In this document: one piece after another, positions 54,323-64,000 of the stretch
Position numbering within the stretch: the stretch's first letter is position 1
Layout: every line of letters begins with the position of its first letter
NCBI GenBank assembly: GCA_949299535.1
Contig: CASGAQ010000007.1
Span: forward strand, 181-64,180
From: an uncultured Eubacteriales bacterium
GTDB lineage: Bacteria > Bacillota > Clostridia > Oscillospirales > CAG-272
Direction: 5' to 3'
DNA length: 64,000 nucleotides
Made by a program: the position numbers and the translations under genes
Notes under the pieces: generated by a model
What the model was told of the DNA's origin: nothing
Database searches by the model: none
The model's input: only the letters and a program-made list of their open reading frames with translations

Positions 54323-57300
54323 ATGCCGAAAAGAACAGATTTAAAGAAAATACTCGTTATCGGCTCCGGTCCGATTGTAATCGGACAGGCTGCCGAATTT
54401 GACTATGCAGGAACACAGGCGTGCCTTGCACTTAAAGAAGAGGGCTATGAAGTAGTGCTTGCAAACTCCAACCCCGCCACCATCATGACGGATACAACTA
54501 TCGCGGACAAGATATACATGGAGCCGCTCACTCTTGAATATGTCGCAAAAATCCTCCGATATGAGCGCCCCGACGCCATCGTTCCCGGTATCGGCGGTCA
54601 GACAGGGCTTAACCTTGCAATGCAGCTTGAGAAAAAAGGCGTCCTCCGCGAATGCGGCGTAGAGCTTCTCGGCACAAGCAGTGAATCCATAGAGCGCGCG
54701 GAAGACCGCGAAGGCTTCAAAAAACTTTGCGAAGAGCTCGGCGAGCCCGTTCTTCCCTCTCTTATCGCCCACACGGTAGAAGAAGGTCTTGCGGCGGCTG
54801 AAGAGATAGGCTATCCCGTAGTCCTTCGTCCCGCCTTCACGCTCGGCGGCACGGGCGGCGGCTTTGCAGACAACCCCGCAGAATGCACGGAGCTCCTTAA
54901 AAACGGACTCAAACTCTCTCCCGTTTCCGAAGTCCTTGTTGAAAAGAGCATTAAAGGCTACAAGGAAATTGAATACGAAGTAATGCGCGACGCAAACGAC
55001 ACCGCTATCGCCATATGCAATATGGAAAACATAGACCCCGTAGGTATACATACCGGCGACTCCATCGTTGTATGCCCCACACAGACTCTTACGGCAAAAG
55101 AATGCAATATGCTCAAGGAAAGCGCGCTCAAGATAATCCGCGCTCTTAAAGTCGAAGGCGGCTGCAACGTTCAGTTTGCTCTCGACCCCCACTCCTTTGA
55201 ATATTACCTTATAGAAGTAAACCCACGAGTTTCCCGTTCCTCTGCTCTTGCCTCAAAAGCAAGCGGCTACCCCATAGCAAGAGTTACGGCGAAGATAGCC
55301 GTCGGCATGACTCTGGACGAAATAAAACTCGCCAGCGCTCCCGCCGCGTGCGAGCCGACGATAGATTATGTCGTTGCAAAATTCCCCCGATTCCCGTTCG
55401 ACAAATTTGCCGCGGCAAACAACAAGCTCTCCACTCAGATGAAAGCGACGGGCGAGGTAATGAGCCTTGGCAGAACGCTTGAAGAATGTATGCTCAAAGC
55501 AATACGCTCGCTTGAAATAGGCGTATGCCACATATACATGAGCAAATTCGATACGTTCACCGTAAACGAGCTTATGGATTATATCGCGCTCGGCACCGAC
55601 GACCGTTTCTACGCTATCGCAGAGCTTATCCGCCGCGGAGTAGATATAAGCCTTATCGAAAGTGCAACGAAGATAGACATGCTCTTCCTTGAAAAGATAA
55701 GAAATATCGTCCTCATGGAAACAGTAGTAAAGAACGCTCCCCTCGACGTCGAAGTGCTCAGAGATGCGAAGAAAATGGGCTTCTCCGATAAATTCATCGC
55801 ACAGCTTTGGAAGTGCCCTGAAGTTGAAGTTTACAACCTCCGCAGAGCAAACGGCATAATTCCCGTATACAAGATGATAGACACCTGCGGCGCCGAATTT
55901 GCAAGCTATGTTTCATACTTCTACTCAACATACGAGCATGAAAACGAATCCGTCGTTTCCGACAGAAAGAAGATAATCGTTCTCGGCTCCGGTCCCATTC
56001 GTATAGGTCAGGGCGTCGAATTTGACTATTCTTCCGTTCACGCTATCAAAACGATAAAAGATTCAGGCTATGAAGCCATCATCATAAACAACAACCCCGA
56101 AACAGTATCGACAGACTACACGACGAGCGACAAGCTCTACTTCGAACCTCTTACGGTAGAAGATGTAATGAACATCATAGAGCTTGAAAAGCCGGACGGC
56201 GTTATCGCTTCTCTCGGCGGTCAGACGGCTATCAACCTTGCCGCACCGCTCACCGAACGCGGCGTAAAAATAATCGGCACTGACGCAGAAGCGCTTGACA
56301 AAGCCGAAAACCGCGATTCTTTCGAAAAAGTTCTCGAAGCTCTCGATATCCCTCAGCCCAAAGGCAAAGCCGTTACAAAGATAGAGGACGGCGTTGCGGC
56401 AGCCGCTGAGATAGGATACCCCGTTCTTGTACGTCCCTCTTTCGTACTCGGCGGCAGAGCCATGCAGATAGTTGCAAACGAAGAAATGCTCCGCCATTAC
56501 CTCAAGACAGCCGTTGAAATAGACGAGGACAAACCCGTTCTCGTAGACAAATACATCTCCGGCAGAGAAGTGGAGGTCGACGCTGTATGCGACGGCGAAA
56601 ACGTGTTTGTTCCCGGTATTATGGAACTTGTAGAGCGCACCGGCGTTCACTCCGGCGACTCCATCTCCGTATACCCTGCATTCACACTTTCCGACAAAGT
56701 AAAGGAAACTATCCTCGATTACACCAAGAAGCTCGGTCTGGGCATCGGTATCATCGGTCTTTACAATATCCAGTTCATAGTAGACAAGAACGAAAAGGTT
56801 TATATCATCGAAGTTAACCCCCGTTCTTCCAGAACTGTACCGTTCCTTTCAAAAGCAACAGGTTACTCGCTTGCGGATATCGGCACGCTCGCAATTCTCG
56901 GCAAATCCCTGCCCGAACAAGGTATCACACAGATATATCCCGAAGAAAAGAAACGCCACTATGTAAAAGTTCCCGCGTTCTCTTTCTCCAAGCTCCGCGG
57001 TCTTGACGCATACCTCTCCCCCGAAATGAAATCCACCGGCGAAGCTATCGGTTACGACGACAGCCTCAACCGCGCTCTCTATAAAGCGCTCCAAGCTTCC
57101 GGTATGCAGGTTATGAACTACGGTACGGTATTTGCTACTATCGCAGACGCGGACAAGGAAGAAGCGCTTCCTCTCATTCGCCGCTTCTACAACATGGGCT
57201 TCAATATAGAAGCGACCGCAGGTACCGCCGCTTTCCTCAAAGAACACGGTATCCGCACAAGGGTAAGAAAGAAGATAAGCGAAGGCAGCGAGGAAATTCT

Positions 57301-57502
57301 CGATTCCATTCGTCAGGGATATGTGACATACGTTATCAACACAAGAAATCTCGACGCCGCAACGGGAACATCTTCCGACGGTTTCCAGATTCGTCAGTGT
57401 GCAACGGAAAATAACGTTTCCATCTTCACATCTCTCGACACGCTCAAAGTCCTTCTCGACGTACTTGAGGAGCAGACCATCTGCATCTCAACGATAAACT
57501 GA
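54323..57502 (+). CDS. carB: carbamoyl-phosphate synthase large subunit
   Basis: The 1059-aa protein has canonical motifs in both halves: [42 protein letters not shown] and [19 protein letters not shown]. Confidence 0.95.
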   Translation: MPKRTDLKKILVIGSGPIVIGQAAEFDYAGTQACLALKEEGYEVVLANSNPATIMTDTTIADKIYMEPLTLEYVAKILRYERPDAIVPGIGGQTGLNLAMQLEKKGVLRECGVELLGTSSESIERAEDREGFKKLCEELGEPVLPSLIAHTVEEGLAAAEEIGYPVVLRPAFTLGGTGGGFADNPAECTELLKNGLKLSPVSEVLVEKSIKGYKEIEYEVMRDANDTAIAICNMENIDPVGIHTGDSIVVCPTQTLTAKECNMLKESALKIIRALKVEGGCNVQFALDPHSFEYYLIEVNPRVSRSSALASKASGYPIARVTAKIAVGMTLDEIKLASAPAACEPTIDYVVAKFPRFPFDKFAAANNKLSTQMKATGEVMSLGRTLEECMLKAIRSLEIGVCHIYMSKFDTFTVNELMDYIALGTDDRFYAIAELIRRGVDISLIESATKIDMLFLEKIRNIVLMETVVKNAPLDVEVLRDAKKMGFSDKFIAQLWKCPEVEVYNLRRANGIIPVYKMIDTCGAEFASYVSYFYSTYEHENESVVSDRKKIIVLGSGPIRIGQGVEFDYSSVHAIKTIKDSGYEAIIINNNPETVSTDYTTSDKLYFEPLTVEDVMNIIELEKPDGVIASLGGQTAINLAAPLTERGVKIIGTDAEALDKAENRDSFEKVLEALDIPQPKGKAVTKIEDGVAAAAEIGYPVLVRPSFVLGGRAMQIVANEEMLRHYLKTAVEIDEDKPVLVDKYISGREVEVDAVCDGENVFVPGIMELVERTGVHSGDSISVYPAFTLSDKVKETILDYTKKLGLGIGIIGLYNIQFIVDKNEKVYIIEVNPRSSRTVPFLSKATGYSLADIGTLAILGKSLPEQGITQIYPEEKKRHYVKVPAFSFSKLRGLDAYLSPEMKSTGEAIGYDDSLNRALYKALQASGMQVMNYGTVFATIADADKEEALPLIRRFYNMGFNIEATAGTAAFLKEHGIRTRVRKKISEGSEEILDSIRQGYVTYVINTRNLDAATGTSSDGFQIRQCATENNVSIFTSLDTLKVLLDVLEEQTICISTIN

Positions 57503-57513
57503 AGGTGCTTAAA

Positions 57514-58245
57514 ATGACTGAAAGCATTTTTACAATAATCGAAAACAAAAAAACAGCAAAAAATACTTATAAAATGATACTCAGGGGCACAGCAGATGGC
57601 TGCGCCCCGGGAAAATTCGTCAATATCAAGATAGACGGATTTTTCCTCCGCCGTCCCATCTCCGTATGCGACTGCGACGGAGAAAGCCTCACACTCATAT
57701 ATAAGACAGTAGGAGAGGGGACGGAAAAAATGTCCCGCATGAGTGCCGGCGAAAAGCTCAATATCCTTGCATATCTGGGCAACGGATATGACCTTTCAAA
57801 AAGCGGCGACGCTCCGCTTCTCATAGGAGGCGGCGTGGGAGTTCCTCCGCTCTACATGTGTGCCAAAGAGCTTATCGCCGCAGGCAAGAACGTGAGCGTT
57901 ATCCTCGGCTTCAACACCGCGGAAGAAGTTTTCTTCAAAGACGAATTCACAGCCCTCGGCGCAAAAGTCTTTGTTGCGACGGCAGACGGCAGCGAAGGGA
58001 AAAAGGGCTTCGTTACAGACGCGCTGAAAGATGTAGGAAAATACTCCTATTTTTACACTTGCGGTCCCGAACCCATGCTCAAGGCAGTTTACGGCGCAAC
58101 GGAAACATCGGGACAGTTCAGCTTTGAGGAAAGAATGGGGTGTGGATTCGGCGCCTGCGTCGGCTGCACTTGCAAGACTAAATACGGAAACAAACGCATA
58201 TGCAAAGACGGTCCGGTGCTTGTCAAGGAGGAAATAATATGGTAA
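57514..58245 (+). CDS. pyrK: dihydroorotate dehydrogenase electron-transfer subunit
   Basis: The protein has an FAD/NAD-binding fold and a C-terminal 2Fe-2S motif CGFGACVGCTC...C. The ATG at 57514 lies 8 nt after AAGGTG. Confidence 0.85.
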   Translation: MTESIFTIIENKKTAKNTYKMILRGTADGCAPGKFVNIKIDGFFLRRPISVCDCDGESLTLIYKTVGEGTEKMSRMSAGEKLNILAYLGNGYDLSKSGDAPLLIGGGVGVPPLYMCAKELIAAGKNVSVILGFNTAEEVFFKDEFTALGAKVFVATADGSEGKKGFVTDALKDVGKYSYFYTCGPEPMLKAVYGATETSGQFSFEERMGCGFGACVGCTCKTKYGNKRICKDGPVLVKEEIIW

Positions 58246-59150
58246 ATACAAAAATTTCTCTCTCAGGCATAGAGATAGACAATCCCGTTATACCTGCCAG
58301 CGGCACGTTCGGATTCGGATATGAAATGGCAGACTTTTACGATATAAACGTTCTGGGCACTTTTTCTTTCAAGGGTACGACGGAAGACCCCCGCTTCGGC
58401 AACCCCACGCCCCGTATCGCGGAAACTCCGTGCGGTATGCTCAACGCAGTAGGCCTCCAAAACCCCGGCGTAGAAAAAGTCATCGCCGAGGAACTGCCCA
58501 AGATGGAAAAAGTTTTCAGCAAAAAAGTTATGGCGAATATCGGAGGCTTTTCCGTAAAGGAATACGCAGAAACAGCGGAAAAGCTCGACGCAGTCGACAG
58601 CGTCGGCTGGCTTGAGATAAATATAAGCTGTCCCAATGTTCACGGCGGTGGTATCAGCTTCGGCACAGATCCGAACGCCGCTTACGAGGTCACAAAAGCG
58701 GTAAAAGCAGTAACGAAAAAACCCGTTTACATGAAGCTCTCGCCCAATGTAACGGACATCACCGAAATTGCGCGCGCATGTGAAGCCGGCGGAGCCGACG
58801 GCGTATCTCTCATCAACACCCTTATGGGAATGAGAATAGACTTACGCAGAAAAGCTCCGATAATCAAAAACAAAACGGGCGGTCTTTCAGGACCTGCCAT
58901 ATTCCCGATAGCAGTAAGAATGGTATACCAAGTGTACGAAGCCGTTAAGATTCCGATAATCGGTATGGGCGGCGTGTGTAGCGCGGAAAACGTAATAGAA
59001 CTCATGCTCGCGGGAGCAACGGCTGTCGAAGTCGGCGCGCAAAATCTTATCCACCCCTGCGCCTGCCGCGACATTATAAATGACCTGCCCGCAGTCATGG
59101 AAAAATACGGTATCACATCACTTAAAGAAATTATAGGAGGAGCACACTGA
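58239..59150 (+). CDS. pyrD: dihydroorotate dehydrogenase catalytic subunit (class 1B)
   Basis: The sequences [13 protein letters not shown] and NTLMGM are present. The ATG at 58239 follows AAGGAGG and overlaps the pyrK end. Confidence 0.9.
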   Translation: MVNTKISLSGIEIDNPVIPASGTFGFGYEMADFYDINVLGTFSFKGTTEDPRFGNPTPRIAETPCGMLNAVGLQNPGVEKVIAEELPKMEKVFSKKVMANIGGFSVKEYAETAEKLDAVDSVGWLEINISCPNVHGGGISFGTDPNAAYEVTKAVKAVTKKPVYMKLSPNVTDITEIARACEAGGADGVSLINTLMGMRIDLRRKAPIIKNKTGGLSGPAIFPIAVRMVYQVYEAVKIPIIGMGGVCSAENVIELMLAGATAVEVGAQNLIHPCACRDIINDLPAVMEKYGITSLKEIIGGAH

Positions 59151-59851
59151 TGGGAAAAGACGTTATGATAGCCTGCGACTTTGAAAGCGCGGAAAAAACT
59201 TATGAATTTCTCGATAAATTCAAAGATGTTAAACCTTTTGTAAAAATAGGCATGGAACTTTTCTATGCGGAAGGTCCCGCCATTGTAAAAGAAATAAAAA
59301 AGAGAGGCCATAAGATATTCCTCGACCTCAAGCTTCACGATATCCCCAACACGGTAAAGAAAGCAATGGCAGTCCTTGCTTCGCTTGACGTTGACTTCTG
59401 CAACGTACACGCGGCAGGCACATCGGAGATGATGAAATACGCCGTTGAAGGTCTTACAAAAGCAGACGGCTCACGCGCCGCAAAGCTTATAGCCGTAACT
59501 CAGCTCACCTCCACAAGCGAGGAAAGAATGCAGAAAGAGCTTCTCATATCCGAATCCCTTGAGAATACGGTAATGAGCTATGCTCTCAATGCAAAGAACA
59601 GCGGTCTTGATGGCGTAGTTTGCTCTCCGCTCGAAGCAGGCAAGGTTCACGAAGTATGCGGAAAAGATTTCTTCACAATCACTCCCGGCATACGCTTTGC
59701 AGACGGCGAAAAGGGCGATCAGGTCCGCGTGACGACTCCGGCAAAAGCAAAAGAGCTCGGCTCGGACTACATTGTCGTCGGCAGACCCATTACGGCTGCA
59801 GCAGACCCCGTTGCCGCTTACAACAGATGCGTTGAGGAATTTGTCGGCTGA
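59150..59851 (+). CDS. pyrF: orotidine 5'-phosphate decarboxylase
   Basis: The sequences [13 protein letters not shown] and VVGRPI are present. The start overlaps the pyrD stop (TGATG). Confidence 0.9.
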   Translation: MGKDVMIACDFESAEKTYEFLDKFKDVKPFVKIGMELFYAEGPAIVKEIKKRGHKIFLDLKLHDIPNTVKKAMAVLASLDVDFCNVHAAGTSEMMKYAVEGLTKADGSRAAKLIAVTQLTSTSEERMQKELLISESLENTVMSYALNAKNSGLDGVVCSPLEAGKVHEVCGKDFFTITPGIRFADGEKGDQVRVTTPAKAKELGSDYIVVGRPITAAADPVAAYNRCVEEFVG

Positions 59852-59939
59852 TTCCGATAAAATAAATATCATAATAACACAAAGGCTCCGTATACCGCCC
59901 GTAAAGAGCGGACATCACTTAATTTTAAGGAGAATAAAA

Positions 59940-60599
59940 ATGGAAAGCTACAAAAGAGAATTTATAAAATTTCTTGAAAGCGCAGGAGTGCTTAAATTCG
60001 GCGATTTTACAGCTAAAAGCGGCAGAAAGATCCCCTACTTTATAAACGCGGGCGAGATAAAAACGGGCAAGCAGATAGCGACGCTCGGCGAATTTTATGC
60101 AAAGAGCTATCTGGAAAAAATGGGCGAGAAAAAAGCTGTGCTTTACGGCCCCGCTTACAAGGGAATATCCATTGCGGTATCTTCATCTATCGCTCTTGCA
60201 AAGGGCGGTCTTGACGTGCCTTTCTTCTTCAACAGAAAAGAAGTCAAAGACCACGGCGAAGGCGGTATCTTCGTTGGCTATGTACCGAAATCCGGCGAAG
60301 AAGTAGTTATCGTGGAGGACGTTATCACAGCGGGCACCGCCATAAGAGAGAGCATGGCAAACCTTTCCACGCTCGAAGGCGTGAAAATAGCCGCAACATT
60401 CGTAATGGTAGACCGCAAGGAAGTAGGCAAGGGCGGCGTCAAATCCGCTATGGCTGAAATAGAGGACGAATTCGGCTTCCCCGTTTACTCCGTAGTCGAC
60501 GTTTACGATATCATAGAATATCTCGAAGAGGACGAGAAAAATGCAGAAAACGTTGAACGCATTAAAAAATATCTTGCAATAAACGGAGCAAAGGAATGA
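59940..60599 (+). CDS. pyrE: orotate phosphoribosyltransferase
   Basis: The sequence LKFGDFTAKSGRKIPYF and the PRPP motif VVIVEDVITAGT are present. The ATG at 59940 follows TAAGGAGA. The track extension is spurious. Confidence 0.9.
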   Translation: MESYKREFIKFLESAGVLKFGDFTAKSGRKIPYFINAGEIKTGKQIATLGEFYAKSYLEKMGEKKAVLYGPAYKGISIAVSSSIALAKGGLDVPFFFNRKEVKDHGEGGIFVGYVPKSGEEVVIVEDVITAGTAIRESMANLSTLEGVKIAATFVMVDRKEVGKGGVKSAMAEIEDEFGFPVYSVVDVYDIIEYLEEDEKNAENVERIKKYLAINGAKE

Positions 60600-60635
60600 T
60601 ATCTTTTGATTCTGATGGAGATGGAGATGGGAAAA

Positions 60636-61718
60636 ATGAGAAGCCTTATTGACATTCTGGATCTATCCGTCCAAGAGATCGATTCCATAATCGAAACGGC
60701 GGCGGATATCAAAAAAGATCCCGCGAAATATTCCGAAAAATGTCGCGGCAAGAAGCTTGCTACGCTCTTTTTCGAGCCATCCACAAGAACTCGACTGAGC
60801 TTTGAAGCAGCAATGTACGAACTCGGCGGAAATGTGCTCGGTTTTTCAGAAGCGAGATCCTCCTCTGCCTCAAAAGGTGAAAGCATGGCGGATACAGCGA
60901 CCGTTGTAAGCGGATACGCCGATATCATAGCTATACGCCACCCCAAAGAGGGCGCGCCGCTCGTAGCCTCACAGCATGCATATGTGCCGATAATCAACGC
61001 AGGAGACGGCGGACACAACCACCCGACACAGACGCTTGCCGACCTTTTCACTATCAAGTATGAAAAAGGAAGATTCGAAAATCTCACCGTGGGACTTTGC
61101 GGCGACCTCAAGTTCGGAAGAACCGTTCACTCGCTCATCGCCGCGCTTTCGCGCTATAAAGGGGTAAAATTCATACTCATCTCTCCGAAAGAGCTTCGCA
61201 TACCCAGCTATGTAAAGCATGAGATTCTTGCAAAGGCTGATGTCGAATACATCGAAACGGAAAATCTCGAACAGGCTCTCCCCGAATTGGACGTGCTTTA
61301 TATGACAAGGATACAGCGTGAGCGTTTTTCCGATCCCAATGAATACGAAAGACTCAAAGACAGCTATATCCTTACGGCAGATATGCTCAATTTGGCAAAA
61401 AGCGACCTTTGCATAATGCACCCTCTGCCCCGCGTAAACGAAATTTCCGTGGCAGTAGATAAGGATCCCCGCGCCTGCTATTTCAAGCAAACGCTTTACG
61501 GAAAGTATATGCGTATGGCGCTTATCCTTTTCCTTCTCGACGAAAAGCAGAAGAATGTACCGACAAAAGTAATAAACAAGAAATTCTCCTACGACCATGT
61601 CTGCAAAAATCCGAACTGTATAACCTCAACAGAGCAGGAACTGCCGCAGATATTCTGGTGTGCAAACGAAGAACAAAATATTTACCGCTGCGTCTGGTGC
61701 GAAAGCAGAGCTAAATAA
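60636..61718 (+). CDS. pyrB: aspartate carbamoyltransferase catalytic chain with a C-terminal PyrI-type zinc-domain extension
   Basis: The motifs [13 protein letters not shown] and HPLPR are present. The last ~57 aa contain CKNPNCI...C..C, matching the PyrI zinc-domain pattern. Confidence 0.88.
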   Translation: MRSLIDILDLSVQEIDSIIETAADIKKDPAKYSEKCRGKKLATLFFEPSTRTRLSFEAAMYELGGNVLGFSEARSSSASKGESMADTATVVSGYADIIAIRHPKEGAPLVASQHAYVPIINAGDGGHNHPTQTLADLFTIKYEKGRFENLTVGLCGDLKFGRTVHSLIAALSRYKGVKFILISPKELRIPSYVKHEILAKADVEYIETENLEQALPELDVLYMTRIQRERFSDPNEYERLKDSYILTADMLNLAKSDLCIMHPLPRVNEISVAVDKDPRACYFKQTLYGKYMRMALILFLLDEKQKNVPTKVINKKFSYDHVCKNPNCITSTEQELPQIFWCANEEQNIYRCVWCESRAK

Positions 61719-61728
61719 GCAAACAAAA

Positions 61729-61758
61729 AGTCTGAGAAGATGATTCTCAGACTTTTTT
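61729..61758 (+). terminator. terminator of the pyr operon
   Basis: The hairpin AGTCTGAGA...TCTCAGACT is followed by TTTTTT. Confidence 0.85.
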
Positions 61759-61803
61759 GGTATATTTTATAATTTAAAGAGAGTGCCGCATAAAGAGTCT
61801 TTC

Positions 61804-63492
61804 TCAGATTTTTATCGTTTTTAAATGCTCATAAAGCTCGCCTGCTATTTCCGCGATAGCTCCGTCTTCGTACGGGAGCTTAAGGTCTGAGTCTTTTACG
61901 ATATCTTCAAACGTCTGTGTGCCCGCTTTATCAACAAAAGCAAGGTACTTATCCCAAGCCTCGCGTCGGTCTTTAAGGGAGAGAAGATAAAACTCAAACG
62001 ATATCGTCTGCGCCATGCAGTAATCGATATAGTAGAAGGGATACATAAATATATGGAGCTGTCTTTGCCAGCCGGAGCCTGCGGAATAGAAAGGCAGACC
62101 ATCAAAGTCTATATACGGACGGTATTTCTCTTCGAGAGCGAGCCAAGCCTTGTCGCGCTCCGCGGGAGAAAGAGATGGGTTTTCATACATGATGTGCTGA
62201 AATTCGTCTACCATACAGCCGTAAGGAATGAATATCATGGAATCTTCTGCATGAGAAAGCACATATTTTTTTGTATCCTCTTTGAAGAAAAGTTCATGGT
62301 AAGGCTCAGTCAAAAATTCCATCGACATGGAATGACATTCACAAGTTTCCATAGTCGGATTCTGAAGCTCATGGACTATATTCTTTCTCATCGCGCGGTA
62401 ACCGGCGAAAGCGTGTCCCATTTCGTGCGTAAGAACATCTACGTCTCCGCTTGTGCCGTTGAAGTTGGAAAAGACAAAGGGTGCTTTATAACCCTGTATT
62501 TCCGTGCAGTAACCGCCCGGAGCCTTTCCTTCTTTTGCAAGCACATCGAAAAATTCTCCGTCATACATAAAGTCGATAAACTCGCGTGTTTCGGCAGAAA
62601 GCTCTTGGTACATCTTTCTTCCCGCCGCAAGGATATCGTCGCCGGTGCCGTGGGGTTTGGGGTTTCCGTCGGTAAACATAAATACGTCATCGTAGAATTT
62701 GAGCTTGTCTACGCCGATTCTTTCGCGCTGTGTCTCTTTGAGCTTTGCTACTATCGGGACCATATCATTTGCTATCTGCTCGCGGAAAGCGGCTACTTTG
62801 CAGCTGTCGTAGCAGTTTCTGCCGAGTCTGTCGTAAGCGAGGTCGACGAAGTTTTCGTATCCGAGCTTATGAGCTATTTCCGTTCTTACGCTTACAAGTT
62901 CGGAATAGATCCTGTCAAACTCGGCTTTTCTTCCTTGGAATGCCGTTCCTTCGGCTATGTAAGCAGTTTTTCTTACATTTCTGTCGGGATTCTGTTTATA
63001 GGGAGAGAGCTTTGTTATCGGAAGGACCTGACCGTCTATCTCCGCAGTTGTCGTAGCGTAGAGCTTCTGATATTCGGTCGTTAGAGCATTTTCTTTCTGC
63101 AGGAGAGGAATTATTTCGGGAGAAAAAGTTTTCTTTTCTATCTCCATATTTTTGAAGAAAAGAGTACCAAATTCTTTTTCAAGTTCATCTCTGAAACGCG
63201 ATTCCAGCACAGCGTTCATAAAATCCTGAGCTTTTTCCTCAAGCAAGGGACCGTTTTCGTCGAAGAAATTGTTTTCTTCTTCGTAAAAAGCATCTCTTGT
63301 GTCGATAGAATGACGTATGGAAGCGATTGTCGCGTTTGTATTGAAATCGGTAGTTATATCCTGCTTTTCCCATATCAACGATATCTGTGTAGCCGCGTCG
63401 GGAGCGGCTTTGAATTTTGCGGTAAGTCCATCGAAAACTTTGCATAATGCATTGATGTCCGGGCGAGTGTATTCAAGTTCTGAAAATTTCAT
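61804..63492 (-). CDS. M3 family oligoendopeptidase (PepF-like)
   Basis: The 562-aa protein carries the zinc motif HEMGHAF. Its length and layout fit oligoendopeptidase F-type enzymes. Confidence 0.8.
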   Translation of the reverse strand: MKFSELEYTRPDINALCKVFDGLTAKFKAAPDAATQISLIWEKQDITTDFNTNATIASIRHSIDTRDAFYEEENNFFDENGPLLEEKAQDFMNAVLESRFRDELEKEFGTLFFKNMEIEKKTFSPEIIPLLQKENALTTEYQKLYATTTAEIDGQVLPITKLSPYKQNPDRNVRKTAYIAEGTAFQGRKAEFDRIYSELVSVRTEIAHKLGYENFVDLAYDRLGRNCYDSCKVAAFREQIANDMVPIVAKLKETQRERIGVDKLKFYDDVFMFTDGNPKPHGTGDDILAAGRKMYQELSAETREFIDFMYDGEFFDVLAKEGKAPGGYCTEIQGYKAPFVFSNFNGTSGDVDVLTHEMGHAFAGYRAMRKNIVHELQNPTMETCECHSMSMEFLTEPYHELFFKEDTKKYVLSHAEDSMIFIPYGCMVDEFQHIMYENPSLSPAERDKAWLALEEKYRPYIDFDGLPFYSAGSGWQRQLHIFMYPFYYIDYCMAQTISFEFYLLSLKDRREAWDKYLAFVDKAGTQTFEDIVKDSDLKLPYEDGAIAEIAGELYEHLKTIKI

Positions 63493-63578
63493 TTATTTCC
63501 TCCGTACGAATATTTTTATAAGTATATTTTATCACCTGAGAATAAAAAATAACAGCATTTTATGTAAAATAAAAAACA

Positions 63579-63902
63579 TTATCTTACGACGGCAAAAAAC
63601 TCCAAGTTTTCCACACCGTTGTTGATAAGCGAATGTTCGCATCCTTTAGGGCAGTAGTGGCAATCACCGACGGAAAGTGTTTCCTCACCGCCGTCGAACA
63701 GGCACTTTCCGACTCCGGAAAGAATGTATATTATCTCTGCGTCGCTCGTATGAGTATGCAAGCCTATGGACGAGCCCGGAGAAAGCGTTCCTCGCATTAT
63801 CTTTCCGTCTGAGTCCGTAAACATCTTAACGGCAAATTCGCCCTCACCGCCCTTAAAATTCGGCAAAATTTTTGTTTCCATAGAATTAAAATCTATTTTC
63901 AT
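63579..63902 (-). CDS. cupin domain protein
   Basis: The 107-aa protein has a two-His cupin motif region (GLHTHTSDAEIIYILSG ... PKGCEHSLIN). Confidence 0.65.
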   Translation of the reverse strand: MKIDFNSMETKILPNFKGGEGEFAVKMFTDSDGKIMRGTLSPGSSIGLHTHTSDAEIIYILSGVGKCLFDGGEETLSVGDCHYCPKGCEHSLINNGVENLEFFAVVR

Positions 63903-64000
63903 GGTATTATCCTCTTTTCTTTAATTAAATTTATCGCTTTCTTGACGCTTTCTTGAAAGAAAGCTTAGCAAAGAACTTTACTCAAAAAAAGTATATAGAT

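Noticed and set aside
59852-59939. I considered a second PyrR-type attenuator in the pyrF-pyrE spacer.
   Set aside because: Only a weak 4-bp hairpin (CCGC...GCGG) is present, with no T-tract and no PyrR-loop-like sequence. The spacer looks ordinary.
11986-63084. There are many long ORFs antisense to the called genes: 11986-12912, 16263-17114, 25489-26343, 27178-28083, 28309-29223, 35236-36336, 41946-43283, 43446-44228, 46808-47653, 48055-48912, 50005-50805, 53376-54170, 54341-55192 and 62053-63084.
   Set aside because: Each lies entirely inside, and opposite to, a gene with strong family signatures. Their translations are low-complexity (R/F/Y/C/V-rich) with no recognisable motifs or RBS. 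They are explained by the sense strands rarely using TTA, CTA and TCA codons, which removes stops from the antisense frame.

Overview
This is a chromosomal window from what reads like an anaerobic, endospore-forming Firmicute. The Clostridia-type signs are spoIIE, spoIVB, a flavodiiron protein with rubredoxin, GGAGG-type ribosome-binding sites and many hairpin plus T-tract terminators. I call about 52 tightly packed, mostly housekeeping protein genes. They include potABCD polyamine uptake, spoIIE, spoIVB, metY, an acyl-ACP thioesterase, mntP and a GtrA/FAD-oxidoreductase pair. An argC-argJ-argB-argD-argF operon is followed on the same strand by a second, very divergent carA/carB pair whose large subunit is fused in frame to a DapF-like domain. 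Further genes are cysK, nadA, mgsA, a GH94-like phosphorylase, a G5/M23 peptidase, an ABC exporter, an RHH protein plus clpB, and a gldA/F/G-like ABC cluster with a large DUF4340-like partner. A complete pyrimidine operon runs pyrC-carA-carB-pyrK-pyrD-pyrF-pyrE-pyrB. I saw no rRNA, no CRISPR array and no integrase or transposase ORF. The only trace of a mobile element is at the far left: fragmented tRNA-Arg(CCU) copies next to an array of ATTAGCA repeats. The items most worth a second look are: (1) the arg-linked CarA'/CarB'-DapF' genes are intact over more than 5 kb but have lost the catalytic signatures of the glutaminase, of both ATP-grasp halves and of one epimerase cysteine; (2) the otherwise canonical pyr-operon CarA also lacks the Cys-His-Glu triad; (3) PotA carries about 160 aa with two Listeria-Bacteroides-type repeats inserted in its C-terminal domain; (4) PyrB is fused to only the zinc domain of PyrI; (5) the split tRNA-Arg modules. 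All calls come from manual reading of the sequence and the ORF track. No database search was run.
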